Of a DNA stretch of 64,000 nt, positions 13,715 to 24,832 are shown piece after piece (within the stretch, counting starts at the first letter, position 1; each line of letters begins with the position of its first letter). The position numbers and the translations under genes are program-made. Under the pieces are notes generated by a model that was not told the origin of the DNA, searched no databases, and worked only from the letters and a program-made list of their open reading frames with translations. This DNA is from Podarcis filfolensis (taxonomy: Eukaryota): the NCBI GenBank assembly GCA_964270895.1, contig OZ185443.1; one strand, written 5' to 3'.

Positions 13715-13845
13715 AGCCATGAAGTTGCCAAAATGATGCCCTCCAGATTTTGTTGGACCACAGCAACTCCCATCATTGGCCATGCTGTCTGAGCCTATTG
13801 GATATTGGGGGGCACCAGTGGCATAGCATGTGTTTCCAGCACCTG
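13715..13845. mobile_element. Short palindromic hAT-like MITE (degenerate copy)
   Basis: ctccagattttgttggaccacagcaactcccatcattggccatgctg core, shared with the other copies. Confidence 0.55.
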
Positions 13846-14455
13846 GGACAAGGCAAGGATGGGGGGGCCCAACCTCATTGTGGGCATCACATGGGAGGCA
13901 ACAGGTGGTATTTGCTTGCTGCACCTCTGTAGCAGCTGCTGCTCACAAAGGTCACCAGCCAGTTGCCGTGTTCACCCTCTCAGCTCAGTGAGGTTCTGGC
14001 AGGAGTGGTGGCTGTAACCCTTTGGTTGGCTTGGCGGCAGCTCAGCGGAGATGGAGCCACAGCTGCAGCAGGTCTAGGGCAGCAGAGAACAGTCCAAGGC
14101 ACCAAGCACAGCCCTTCCCCGGTTGTCTCTCCTTGGCCGCACAGCTGAGAGAAGAAAGAAGGCCAAAAGGACTCAAGGCCAGTGTCCTTCTCTCCCTTAA
14201 CCTCGCTGCTGTTGCTTCCACCACCTTTTCCTGATGAGCACAGCATTGCCACTGGGAACAAAGGCACTGAGCCACCACTGGCTCACATGCTTATAGGCAA
14301 CTATATTTCAGAGACTTTATGCATATCCTGATTCTCTGACAGAGCTCTTACTTAAGGAAATTCATAAGTTATCTAGGCATTTTGTAAAATAGAGCATGCA
14401 TCAGAGGTGACATATGCTATTAAAAAAAACCAAAATAAATATTTGGGTCCTTTAC

Positions 14456-14589
14456 CTTCCAGTATGTTTTATGGGTTAGAAGGACATCCACATCAAAATG
14501 AGATCTGGGATCATAAAAAAATACATCCTCAGATACAGAGCTTATCCTACATGGTGTCCTGTTGCAATTTGGAGAAGTCTCATGAGAGT
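14456..14589 (-). other. Candidate internal exon, product unidentified
   Basis: Acceptor ttctgttttatgctag| and donor AAG|gtaaag; 134 nt (phase 1 to phase 0) encoding SHETSPNCNRTPCRISSVSEDVFFYDPRSHFDVDVLLTHKTYWK. Confidence 0.25.
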
Positions 14590-15184
14590 CTAGCATAAAA
14601 CAGAACATGAAGCAAGGTTCTTAGAATGTCAGCACATTTGTAATCACAATTTAAGTGTCTCCCATAAATTGAGTCTTGTCCTCTGTGACTAGAAAGTACA
14701 GAATGAAAGTATGTTGTTAGTTCATGATTTACATAGGACAAAACATACTCTCTAATGCTGTTAAGTAGGTGGGGGGCGTATAGATATATTTCACGCATAT
14801 GAGTCTGTCCTCTGTGATGTCTCCATTTCTAAGCCCTGTATTAGTGTTGTAATGCTTCTAGATCACACTTTTTTAAAAAAAATGAGTCAGCAAATGGATA
14901 GCCTGTAACATCAGAAAAGATGTAGTGTTAGAACTGGCTATTACGCAATTAGGTTTTATACGTTTCCATATGTTATAAACTGATTCTTGACAACCAAGAG
15001 ACAGTTTTTAGCCATATCGATGGGAAATAGTATGTTATGTTGTCCAGTGGTTTTCATGTTATTTGATCTATAGGCAATATGTGCTCCTCAAAGGCACATT
15101 AATGGGTTTAAGAAAGTGAAACAGCTCTCTGTCTCTTAGTTATGTGGGTATCCTATCCTCATATCTAAGTACGGAATATTTGGG

Positions 15185-15350
15185 GAGAGGACTGTAGCTC
15201 AGTGATAGGGCATCTCTTTTGCATACAGAAGGTCTCAAGCTCAAGCTCTGGTTTGTCTAGGAAGGACTGGGGGGTGGGGTCTACTTGAAACTGCAGGGGT
15301 GCTGCTTGTCACAGCTAGTGACACCAATAGTCTCAGTATAAGGCAGTTAA
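15185..15350 (+). mobile_element. tRNA-derived SINE (Squam2-like), diverged
   Basis: tRNA-like head gtagctcagtgatagggcatctcttttgcatacagaaggtctc; tail ctcagtataaggcagtt. Confidence 0.7.
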
Positions 15351-16039
15351 TTAATATGATCATATGTCATGACTCACCAAATGGTGCTTAAGGAATAAAG
15401 GAAGCATGTGGGCTTTCTGTGAAAGCAAGGATAGAAATCTGTCCATTAGTCTATTTCCCAGTTTGGCTGCATTTTGAAAATTTATTGGCCATTTCTCCAA
15501 AACTTTAAAATAGCTACAATATCAAAACAATCCAATAAATCAATTAATAAAAAAGAAATAATTTACAATACTAAAAGCTGTCAATAGCACTGAATGACAA
15601 AAAGAACAAAACTTCTGTCATAAATAAAATATGAATTTCACTTAGTGCATCTCTTTATTAGGTGAAAGTGACATTTATTGGCCCCTGTGTAAAAGACAAT
15701 CATCTGGTGCCCTAAGTCTGCCCACATCTCATTTCAAAACCATTTCCAGAGATTAAATAAACACATGAAAAATGACAAATGGCACCACTGTCCTAATTTA
15801 TTATTATTGCCTTCCAAGAGCCCTTGCAGAGGCATTGTGCTGCTTTTAACTGACAAGTGAGCCAAGCCAGTCAGCCACCACACAAGAGTCACATCTCCCA
15901 TTCCCAAGAGATAGTAAAAAATGCTTTTATTAGGGCCAATGAAAGGTGGTTCAGGAAACAGATATTGCTATGCATGATGGCAGCCTCAGTAACAGATTTA
16001 TAATACATTGGAAAAGGCATTTCAGAGACTCAAAGTTAA

Positions 16040-16837
16040 GTTTCGGGGAGAAACTTGATTAAGTTTGGCATTTCAAGGTGAACTGATCTATTTTTGATTT
16101 TATGAAACAATGTGAGAACCAAAACACAGCAGTCTTTGAAATTCTCACTTCTCCAAATTTTGTAAAGCCAAGAAATGTGTAAACTGGGGTAAGTGAGCAT
16201 AAAATCCATATATTAGCAAAAATAGCATATTAAATTACATTCCATTGTGGAAATGTACTTTACAGAAATGTATTTGAAGGCCACAGGGTGGGTTACAACA
16301 TTAAAACACATTGAAAACAGTTTAAAACAACTTACTTTTGAAGGTGACCCAGAAACTACAACTAATCCTGAATGCGGCAGCTAGATTGGTGACAGGGAGT
16401 GGCCACCAAGACCACATAACACCAGTCTTGAAAGACCTACATTGGCTCCAGTATGTTTCTGAGCACAATTCAAAGTGTTGGTGTTGACCTTTAAAGCCCT
16501 AAACGGCCTCGGTCCAGTGTACCTGAAAGAATGTCTCCACCCCCATCACTCTGCCCGGACACTGAGATCCAGCGCTGAGAGCCTTCTGGCGGTTCCCTCA
16601 CTGCGAGAAGCAAAGTTACAGGGAACCAGGCAGAGGGCCTTTTCAGCAGTGGTGCCCGCCCTGTGGAACGCCCTCCCATCAGATGTCAAAGAGATAAACA
16701 ACTATTGGATGTTTAGACATCTGAAGACAGCCCTGTTTAGGGAAGTTTTTAATGTGTGACATTTTACTGTATTTTTAATCTTTGTTGAAAGCCGCCCAGA
16801 GAGGCTGGGGAAACCCAGCCAGATGGGCGGGGTATAA

Positions 16838-16888
<51 letters not shown>

Positions 16889-17095
16889 CACAAAAGAAAG
16901 GTGGGTTAGGCAATTAGACAGAATTGCATTCAGACAAGTGCCTATTAGAAGAAATGCACCCGAAAATGCTGGTGATTTTTTAAAGGGTTCTTCTTAAATA
17001 AGAAACGGATGTGGAAAGGTGGAGAACTTAATTTAATATTGGGGAAAAATGAGAAACTAAGAGGATCTGAAATCAACAGAATCTCCATCCCAATT
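16040..17095 (+). repeat. AT-rich lacertid interspersed repeat, split by a nested L2 insertion
   Basis: The 5' half (16040-16260) and 3' half (~16900-17095, ending ctccatccc) are colinear with the copy at 31440-32075. Confidence 0.6.
16336..16888 (+). mobile_element. L2-clade LINE 3' end with (ATT)n tail
   Basis: ORF2 C-terminus LQLILNAAARLVTG...HITPVLKDLHWL...VLVLTFKALNGLGPVYLKE...LWNALP...HLKTALF; 3' UTR aaagccgcccagag...gatgggcggggtataaa; tail of about 15 ATT units. Confidence 0.92.
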
Positions 17096-18662
17096 TGTGG
17101 CACATTGTGTTCATCTCTACTCAGAAATAAGCCCTATGGTTAATAAGATTACAAAATTCCTGGTGTAGAAAAGATCAGTTTGCATTCTAGGTTGGAGAAT
17201 GGGCACTCTCCCTTTGACAATACAGATGCCAACAGTTATTTGAATCCATCTCTGGCATAATTGGAATTCACAGGCCTCTTGTAAGGTACAGAGTAGAAGA
17301 AGAGAAACATGTGACAGTCCTTATATGAGCAGAGCTGGATGTTAACATTAGATGACACAGAAGAACCTATGATATCCATAAGACTGTTGTGACATGCTAG
17401 TCTGGGGACTTATAGAAAAACAAGTGGCAATTCTTCTATGGATTCTAATTCTAGAACAAGACAGAGAAACTTCTGGCATTACCAGAGTGACCTTGGCACT
17501 GACTGGGGAGGAGGAAGGGGAGAGACACATTGCAAAAGTAACATTTGAAGCAGTGGGAAATCCTCATATGCACTCCTGCAAATTGAAATAAATGAGTTCA
17601 ACATCATAGGACCTGTATATACCATTGGAAAAATGTATTACCAGAATATGCCACAATCATTAAAGGGTGCATAATGGATCTTGACAGAATGACGTTCTTT
17701 TCTTCCCTGCACAGGCAGGAAATACATACAGCCTGACAGCAAACCATAAAGGGAATATAGATTATATTGCTATGAATATGTATATTACTGAAGTTTGGGA
17801 CTGTGCTAATGTTGAGTGAATTGAATTATTATACCATGCTGAAAATCACCTAAAATAAAATTAACTGAAGAGAAGGATGAATTAAGGAAGATAATTATCA
17901 AAATGAAACAGAGAAAGAGTAATGTAAATACTGCAAATTTGAGCAATGAACGGCAATTTGAAATACCCATCCAATATAACACTACATGCAGCATAAGGTC
18001 CTCTACTGCATCAGGTAAAACTCAAGTTTTACTTATTTACTTTCAGAGCAATCCAAAGGATGGGGAATCTGCCCAGTTGAGAGGACATGATCTTCATCTG
18101 ATGGAAGGGCTTCTCTCTCACTATGCTTGTTCCCTGCTCCAACTTGGGTGCTCCACCAAACAGATTGCCAATAGACAGAAAATCCCCACTAGGCTGCGTG
18201 GATGAGCTCCCCTATTCTGGGAGGGGGTAGTTTTATTGTATTCAAACCCCCTTCTGGTCCAGTGAATTGGGCTGAAGTGGGTGGTTTGGGTTGCACAGAT
18301 ACTTTAACTTGTATTTGTATAGCTTCTTTACCCCAAGTCACTCAGAACAGCTTACATTTAATGATGATAGCTTGCAATGTAAGGCTTATAATACAAAAAG
18401 AAAAGGGGGGAGGGGACAAAGAAGTATCAAATGTATCAAGTATCATACTGTTACATAAAGAAGTTTTGTAATGACCCTGTGGAATGGTCACTAGAGGAGA
18501 CAAAGTTGCAAGGGTGACAGCCAAATGGCAGTTGGTCCAGCGAACCCAATGGAGGGGGGCAGACTCTCATTCTCACCTCTCTCTTAGCTAAAAGCAGGTG
18601 GAATGGGTGCCGAAGGAGAAAATTCTGAGAGAAGCAAATGGCAGCTGGTGTCAGACAAATGG

Positions 18663-18736
18663 CATGCTCTGGCGTGCTCTGGTTCATGGGGTCACGAAGA
18701 GTCGGACACGACTAAATGACTAAACAACAACAACAA
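18663..18736 (+). mobile_element. Extremely 5'-truncated BovB 3' end (74 bp)
   Basis: ggcgtgctctggttcatggggtcacgaagagtcggacacgact + (CAA)n; TSD TCAGACAAATGG at 18651-18662 and 18737-18748. Confidence 0.9.
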
Positions 18737-18914
18737 TCAGACAAATGGATGGATGGAGCTTTGATTCACCACCTCTCTCTTAGACGTAGCCAGAAGGACT
18801 GGCTGCTTGTAGAGGCACTATATAGAAAATTGACATAATATGGATAATGTAATACAGTGAATTGACATAATGCAGATCCCTTTTTTGATTATTATTATTA
18901 TTAAAAAACACACA

Positions 18915-19727
18915 TGTCAGGGGCTCAGGAGCAGGAGCACAGGGGAGAGAGGAAATGGAGAGCGAAGGGGAAGAATCCGAGGGCAGCGTAGGGGAGTATG
19001 ACAGTGGCCCGAGAGATTCCATGAGCTTCTCCAGTGAATCAGAAGATTCCCAGAAGGGGGCGCCGACAGTCAGGGCAAGGGGGGTCCCAGGGGGGACGCA
19101 CCAGAAACAAGGAGCCAGCGGGGAACCCCAAAGCAGCAGAGGGGGATCAGGACCAGTTTCCCCACCAGAGCGTAGTGGGGGGGGGGAAGAGTCACATGTG
19201 TCAGGACCAGCGTCTCCTCCAGCGGGGAGAGAAAGTGAGTCAGGGCTGACCACGCCTCCAACGGAGGGGAGGTCAGTTGCAGCTAGCCCCCCCAGAGGGG
19301 GAAGCAGTGACAGCAGCAGTGAAACGGTCAGGAGGAAAGTTGCTGGCTGGGCGCGCGCGCCAAGTTCAAATGTACAGGCGTGGGGGACAGCAGGAGACCC
19401 GGATGGGGAACCAGCTCCTAAAGCCCGCCGGAGGGAGGGGGAAGGCTCAGGGGATTCAGCGTCAGAAGAGTCTAGAAAGGGCGAGACCCCAACGGACAGG
19501 CGGAACCAGAGGCGGAAAGAACAGAGGAAGAGGTGGAGTAAGGCTAGAGTCTTAAACTGGTGTCTGGGGGGAGGAGACTCAGACGGAGCATCAGCGGTCT
19601 GAGAGTTGAGACGTAGAGCCGCACGCTGCGGCTCTGGAAGTGAAACTGAACTTCAATAAAGACTTTTGTACTTAACAACGAAGCAGCGTTGGTCCTTTGT
19701 GAGCTGGGACCTCGGGCGGCTCTGACA
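18915..19727 (+). mobile_element. Solo LTR (probably Ty3/Gypsy), 813 bp
   Basis: Termini TGTCAG...CTGACA (inverted); 5-bp TSD ACACA at 18910-18914 and 19728-19732; AATAAA at 19655-19660; GC-rich with retained CpGs. Confidence 0.88.
18955..19602 (+). CDS. Putative LTR-embedded 215-aa ORF (acidic, disordered, Arg-rich C-terminus); expression unproven
   Basis: Uninterrupted ATG-TGA frame wholly inside the solo LTR, ending about 50 nt before AATAAA. Confidence 0.4.
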   Translation: MESEGEESEGSVGEYDSGPRDSMSFSSESEDSQKGAPTVRARGVPGGTHQKQGASGEPQSSRGGSGPVSPPERSGGGEESHVSGPASPPAGRESESGLTTPPTEGRSVAASPPRGGSSDSSSETVRRKVAGWARAPSSNVQAWGTAGDPDGEPAPKARRREGEGSGDSASEESRKGETPTDRRNQRRKEQRKRWSKARVLNWCLGGGDSDGASAV

Positions 19728-20187
19728 ACACATAACACCTTATGAAGTGGGCTCTGGTCCATATAGTCTTATTGTCCCATAAAGCTGTTACTTTTTAAAG
19801 TATCACAGGACTCTTAATTATTTCTAATGCCACAAGAACAGCACTGCTGGATCAAGCCAAAGTTTTACCAAGTCCAGGATTCTATTTCCAAGAAATCAAT
19901 AGCTGACCCACCTACACAAGCAAGACCTGAGTCTGAAGGTCTGGTCAATGTCCAGTCAATGTCAGCTTTCAAGCCAATTTCACTCCCAGGACATGTCATC
20001 AGAGAAATGCCTTTCTGAAGCCAGTTTTGGGACTGAAATTGATGCACCTCTAAATATTAAGGTTGCAACCCTATATCCAACAGTAAATCCCACTGACTTC
20101 CATGGAGATTATTTCTGAGTGGACAGGTAAAGGCTTGTACCGTAAGTGATGTTATTGAGGGCTAGATTGTACTTTAGTTTAGGCAAG

Positions 20188-20190
<3 letters not shown>

Positions 20191-20226
<36 letters not shown>
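20191..20226. repeat. (CA)n microsatellite
   Basis: About 18 CA units. Confidence 0.98.
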
Positions 20227-20228
<2 letters not shown>

Positions 20229-21002
20229 GCCAGTAAATGGCTCTGACTAATAAAAGCTCCATTTATTAAGCTGCAGATATTTCAGTGATCAGTACATTGC
20301 ACTGATTAATCAATTATTGTGCAGTCCTCTGTCTAAAACTCCACTTCAGTTTCTATAAAGTTAATAAAATTGTAGTCTGTAATAAAAAAAAAAGTGACAA
20401 TCTGTGCTTCAGTGAAATACATTTGGTAAGATATTATTTTTTAAAAGAAGTTTTGTTATAAAACATGCATGATGAATTAGTCATAAAAAGTCAAAACATG
20501 TAAAATTAATGTTAAAAGATGTAATGTATTTTTCCTATTCCTTTCACCAACTATAAATCATTTCAAATGGCTTTTAGGTATGAATGATAGCTTTGTGCAG
20601 AACTGAGATGGGCCTGTCCTACAAATTGATACTAATGGCATAAGAATTATTAAGCAAATTAACATGAAACTTTATGACTGTGGCTTTATCTTCCTTCTGC
20701 GAAAAGTGGATCAATGATGAAATGCGTTTCTAAAACCATGGAGATAGCTCAGGTTTGTTTTTTGTTTTGTTTTTATAAAATCTCCATGATAATTTCTGAA
20801 ACTCTTTAGAAGCTCAATCCACATCTCATTTGTGCTAATGTACTTGCTTTATGCCATCAATTCAAGTTCTTTGGGTTATTGTGGATGGCTTTAACTATCA
20901 CACCTGCATTATAATTATGAAATGGCTTACTCTTAAGAAATCAATAGTAACATTAGGGGGTGAAATATCTTTAGGTATACAAAAAGCAGCAACATACATT
21001 TT

Positions 21003-21871
21003 TGTTGTTGTTTAGTCGTGCCCAACTCTTCATGACCCCATGGACCAGAGCACGCCAGGCACTCCTGTCTTCCACTGCCTCCCGCAGTTTTGTCAAACCC
21101 ATGCTGGTAGCTTTGAGAACACTGTCCAACCACCTCATCTGTCGTCCCCTTCTCCTTGTGCCCTCCATCTTTCCCAACATCAGGGTCTTTTCCAGGGAGT
21201 CTTCTCTTCTCATGAGGTAGCCAAAGTATTGGAGTCTCAGCTTCAAGATCTGTCCTTCCAGTGAGCACTCAGGGCTGATTTCCTTCAGAATGGAGAGATT
21301 TGATCTTCTTGCAGTCCATGGGACTCTCAAGAGTCTCCTCCAGCACCATAATTCAAAAGCATCAATTCTTCGGCGATCAGCCTTCTTTATGGTCCAGCTC
21401 TCACTTCCATACATTGCTACTGGGAAAACCATAGCTTTAACTATACAGACCTTTGTCGGCAAGGTGATGTCTCTGCTTATTAAGATGCTGTCTCGGTTTG
21501 TCATCACTTTTCTCCCAAGAAGCAGGCGTCTTTTAATTTCGTGGCTGCTGTCACCATCTGCAGTGATCATGGAGCCCAAGAAAGTAGATACCTCTCACTG
21601 CCTCCATTTCTTCCCCTTCTATTTGCCAGGAGGTGATGGGCCCAGTGGCCATGATCTTCGTTTTTTTTATGTTGAGCTTCAGACCATATTTTGCACACTC
21701 CTCTTTTACCCTCATGAAGAGGTTCTTTAATTCCCCCTCACTTTCTGCCATCAAAGTTGTGTCATCTGCATATCTGAGGTTGTTGATATTTCTTCCGGCA
21801 ACCTTAATTCCTGCTTGGGATTTATCCAGTCCAGCCTTTCGCATAATGAATTCTGCATATAAGTTAAATAA
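21003..21871 (-). mobile_element. RTE-BovB LINE, 5'-truncated, with the RT C-terminal half
   Basis: Two overlapping frames (21551-21844 with NLRYADDTTLMAESE...GLKLNIKKTKIM; 20971-21579 with RRIDAFELWCWRRLLRVPWTARRSN) joined by one frameshift; (CAA)n tail. Confidence 0.96.
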
Positions 21872-23344
21872 TATTTACATTTAGATATATATAAAAAGCA
21901 AACAAAACAAAACATTTCTAGCATCCTCTAGGTGACCTATTTATTTATTTATTTATTGAGAATACACCTTGATTTGCTTGCACAAAGTTTACACAGAGTT
22001 TAGATTATGTCTGGTCTATATTGAACATTCATTCCTATTTGTTTGTGGGGTTTCACATGTCTTTCTGTTAGCTCTTCACATTCCACACCTGCCACTTTCT
22101 GCAAAAAAGTACATATATCTTTAGAACACCAGACTTAGGAATTAGAATTCAATTTGTTGTACTAACTTCAGACAGTTGCAAGAAGATGGTTAAAGATGAG
22201 CAATATGGCATGTAACAGACTTGTGCCATGATTCAAAACCAGCCATAGTGAATCCCCTAAAGCAGATGTAGTCTAGGAGTCTTACTGTACATATGAATGC
22301 ATCAATTGAAGAAACATGTCAACATCCTGAAAATTATAACAGAAAATATATTTTTATCAGTTCTTCATTTGAAAACTTTGTTTTGTATCATTGTTTTGTG
22401 ATACATTAAATCCTATTTTTTCCTATTTCCAGTGCAAAATTGTGTGATGCAAGCTTATTTGTCAGATATTGTTGTCTTGCTCAACTTACTTGATAAAAAG
22501 GGACCAAATCCAAGTTACTTCTGTCAAGTCAACACTGACAAGCAGTCAGCATTTATCTTAATTAGCCCTTAGATACATGGGAAGTGCCTAGTAATTGGCA
22601 TATTTCTATTGAATTTGACAGATACAACAAAAGTATAAGATAAGAGACAGATTTGATGGATATGAACTTTGCCATGAGGATTCAGTTTGGTTTGAAATTA
22701 ACTCACTTCACAAGCTCAAGTGAAGATCTATGAATTTTCACCTTATTGAACTTTTTTCTTTTGGATGTAAGCACAAAATGCTATTTGACACTCTCTGGCT
22801 CATAGGTAGATTAAATTTTCATAAGCTTTGTAGCCTCAAGAGACCATGTTTTCTCCCTTCTGCGAGGTTGTCTTAAAGGTCGAGAAAAGAATCACACCTA
22901 CTTCTTTCAGGATAACTCCCACGATTGCCCAGGCAGGCTGATCATGGCTCATGAGTGTGATGGAAACAACTGATAATGAAAACCAGTGTTGCATAAATTC
23001 AGGCCACAACTTGTATTGGTTAAACAGTAGGCAAGCAGGGTTGGCATGACAGTAGAATAAGGATCAGTTTCTTATTCCAGCCATCCTGTTGCTAATGGAA
23101 TAGCATTTCGCTTGGGCTTGGAAAGCACATTCCCCCTACCCACATCCCGGAGATGGCCAGTGTTGAATCTGGCATGGTGCAAGCCAAGCATCCAGGATGC
23201 AACTGAGTAATGGAAAGGGAGAGATAAGCCCTACCTAAGCCTAGGGCAGGCTTTGAGTCAATTATTCCTCTAGGTCCCTCATTTCCACCCCAAAGTTGTG
23301 ATAATTGTTTTCAATTGCCTAACATAAATAATAACATAAAGTTT

Positions 23345-23694
23345 GGGACGTGGGTGGCACTGTGGGTTAAACCACAGAGCCTAGGACTTGCCGATCAGAA
23401 GGTCGGCGGTTCGAATCCCCGCGACGGGGTGAGCTCCCGTTGCTCGGTCCCTGCTCCTGCCCACCTAGCAGTTCAAAAGCATGTCAAAGTGCAAGTAAAT
23501 AGGTACCGCTCCGGCAGGAAGGTAAACGGCGTTTCCGTGTGCTGCTCTGGTTCGCCAGAAGTGGCTTAGTCATGCTGGCCACATGACCCGGAAGCTGTAC
23601 GCCGGCTCCCTCGGCCAATAAAGTGAGATGAGCGCTGCAACCTCAGAGTCGGTCACGACTCGACCTAATGGTCAGAGGTCCCTTTACCTTTACC
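23345..23694 (+). mobile_element. Sauria SINE, full length
   Basis: tRNA-like head with B box ggttcgaatcc (~23408-23418), Sauria core gtcatgctggccacatgacc, tail tttacctttacc. Confidence 0.95.
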
Positions 23695-24150
23695 TAAATA
23701 ATAAGTTCACTGAGGGGAAGCTTGGAGAACAACAACAACCAAGCATGAATTGTGCTTAGGAGAGAAAATAATATTTCTGGCCCTCTCAACCACTGGCCAC
23801 TATGGTCTAACACTGAGGGCAAATGGGCTAAACCTTACAATGGGAAATGGCCCTGAACCCTCTCACAATATATTGTAGGATGTTCCCAGTCCTGCAAGAT
23901 CCCATGAGGGCAGCATAGGGAATGAAGTCTCATCTTGCCTTCTCTGCACGCACCTGAGCCCCTGCACCACTGGGCATAATTGCCCTGCATGGAAGCATAT
24001 ATGGAGCAAAGCTACCATTGGCCCTTGCATTCCTAGGATTGGGAGGGGTGACTATTTACTGGCTGAATTTTCATATCTTATAGAAAGTATTAAGAGAGCC
24101 TGTGCAAATGACTCATGAGTGATATCTAAAGTAATGCCTTCTTTCCTCAC

Positions 24151-24294
24151 CTAGTGCACTGTGTTAGTGATGGCCAGTGCTCATCAAAACTGATAGGGCA
24201 GAAGGCAGGAAGACCAGCAGTAGATGGGCCAGAGCCAATATCAAGCAGATCCATGTAAATGTGATTTTGTCCCCATTCTCCAGCCTTCTGAGTT
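24151..24294 (-). other. Candidate internal exon (144 nt, symmetric phase 2-2), product unidentified
   Basis: Pyrimidine-rich acceptor ccttagtcttagtttcgcccttgcag| and donor AG|gtgagg; only one frame is open throughout: TQKAGEWGQNHIYMDLLDIGSGPSTAGLPAFCPISFDEHWPSLTQCT. Confidence 0.3.
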
Positions 24295-24674
24295 CTGCAA
24301 GGGCGAAACTAAGACTAAGGGCAAGGAAGGTATTGGAGAGTGCTACCCCTGGACTGACTGTAAGTAATGACATGCCGAGGGAGGCTGGATAAAATCAAAC
24401 TTAGGTCTGTGGGGTACTCCTTCATTTGGTCAAATGGACCAGACTTCACTGTACTGCATAGATATTTAATAAGAGTGCAGGTGGGGAGGGCAGGAGAGGG
24501 GGGCTGGAGGGAGGGAGAGGGAGAGGGAGAGAGATTGAAGCTTCTTAATAATCATATAAGGTTTTTAGAGAGGCTGGTGTGAACTGTATCACCATCTGAC
24601 TCCACAAGCCACATGGTACTCACGTATCACATTGTACCTCTTCCCAGATATTGTTCCTGTAGTTCTGATTGACG

Positions 24675-24832
24675 AAGAGAACGTTCTGACAGTAAGAGCT
24701 GTTTGACAGTGGAATGGACTACCTCAGAAGGTGGTGGACTTTCCTTCACTGGAGGCTTTTAAGCAAAGGTTGCAGGGCCATCTGCCATGGATAGATGGGT
24801 TCCCTTCCAATTCTACAATTCTATAATTCTAT
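24675..24832 (+). mobile_element. CR1 LINE 3' end remnant
   Basis: Encodes approximately LTVRAV*QWNGLPQKVVDFPSLEAFKQRL; tail ttctacaattctataattctat. Confidence 0.85.

Noticed and set aside
14500-14560. ISSVSE..F.D similarity to a recalled RGS22 segment
   Set aside because: Short low-complexity match from memory; no RGS-domain exons were found in the window.
15185-15260. tRNA gene (also 23345, 30243, 38692)
   Set aside because: These are SINE heads: no complete cloverleaf, and each continues into a SINE body.
17903-18205. 100-aa ORF with a coiled-coil-looking start
   Set aside because: No usable upstream acceptor, the apparent internal intron would be only 32 nt, and part may derive from the AT-rich repeat.
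24230-24260. LLDIGSGP resembling SAM-methyltransferase motif I (NNMT/INMT type)
   Set aside because: The flanking residues do not follow that family and no further methyltransferase exons were seen.
24164-24373. 69-aa hydrophobic ORF resembling a membrane protein
   Set aside because: It runs through a splice-acceptor-like pyrimidine tract, which explains the hydrophobicity. The other frame, bounded by splice sites, is the better candidate.
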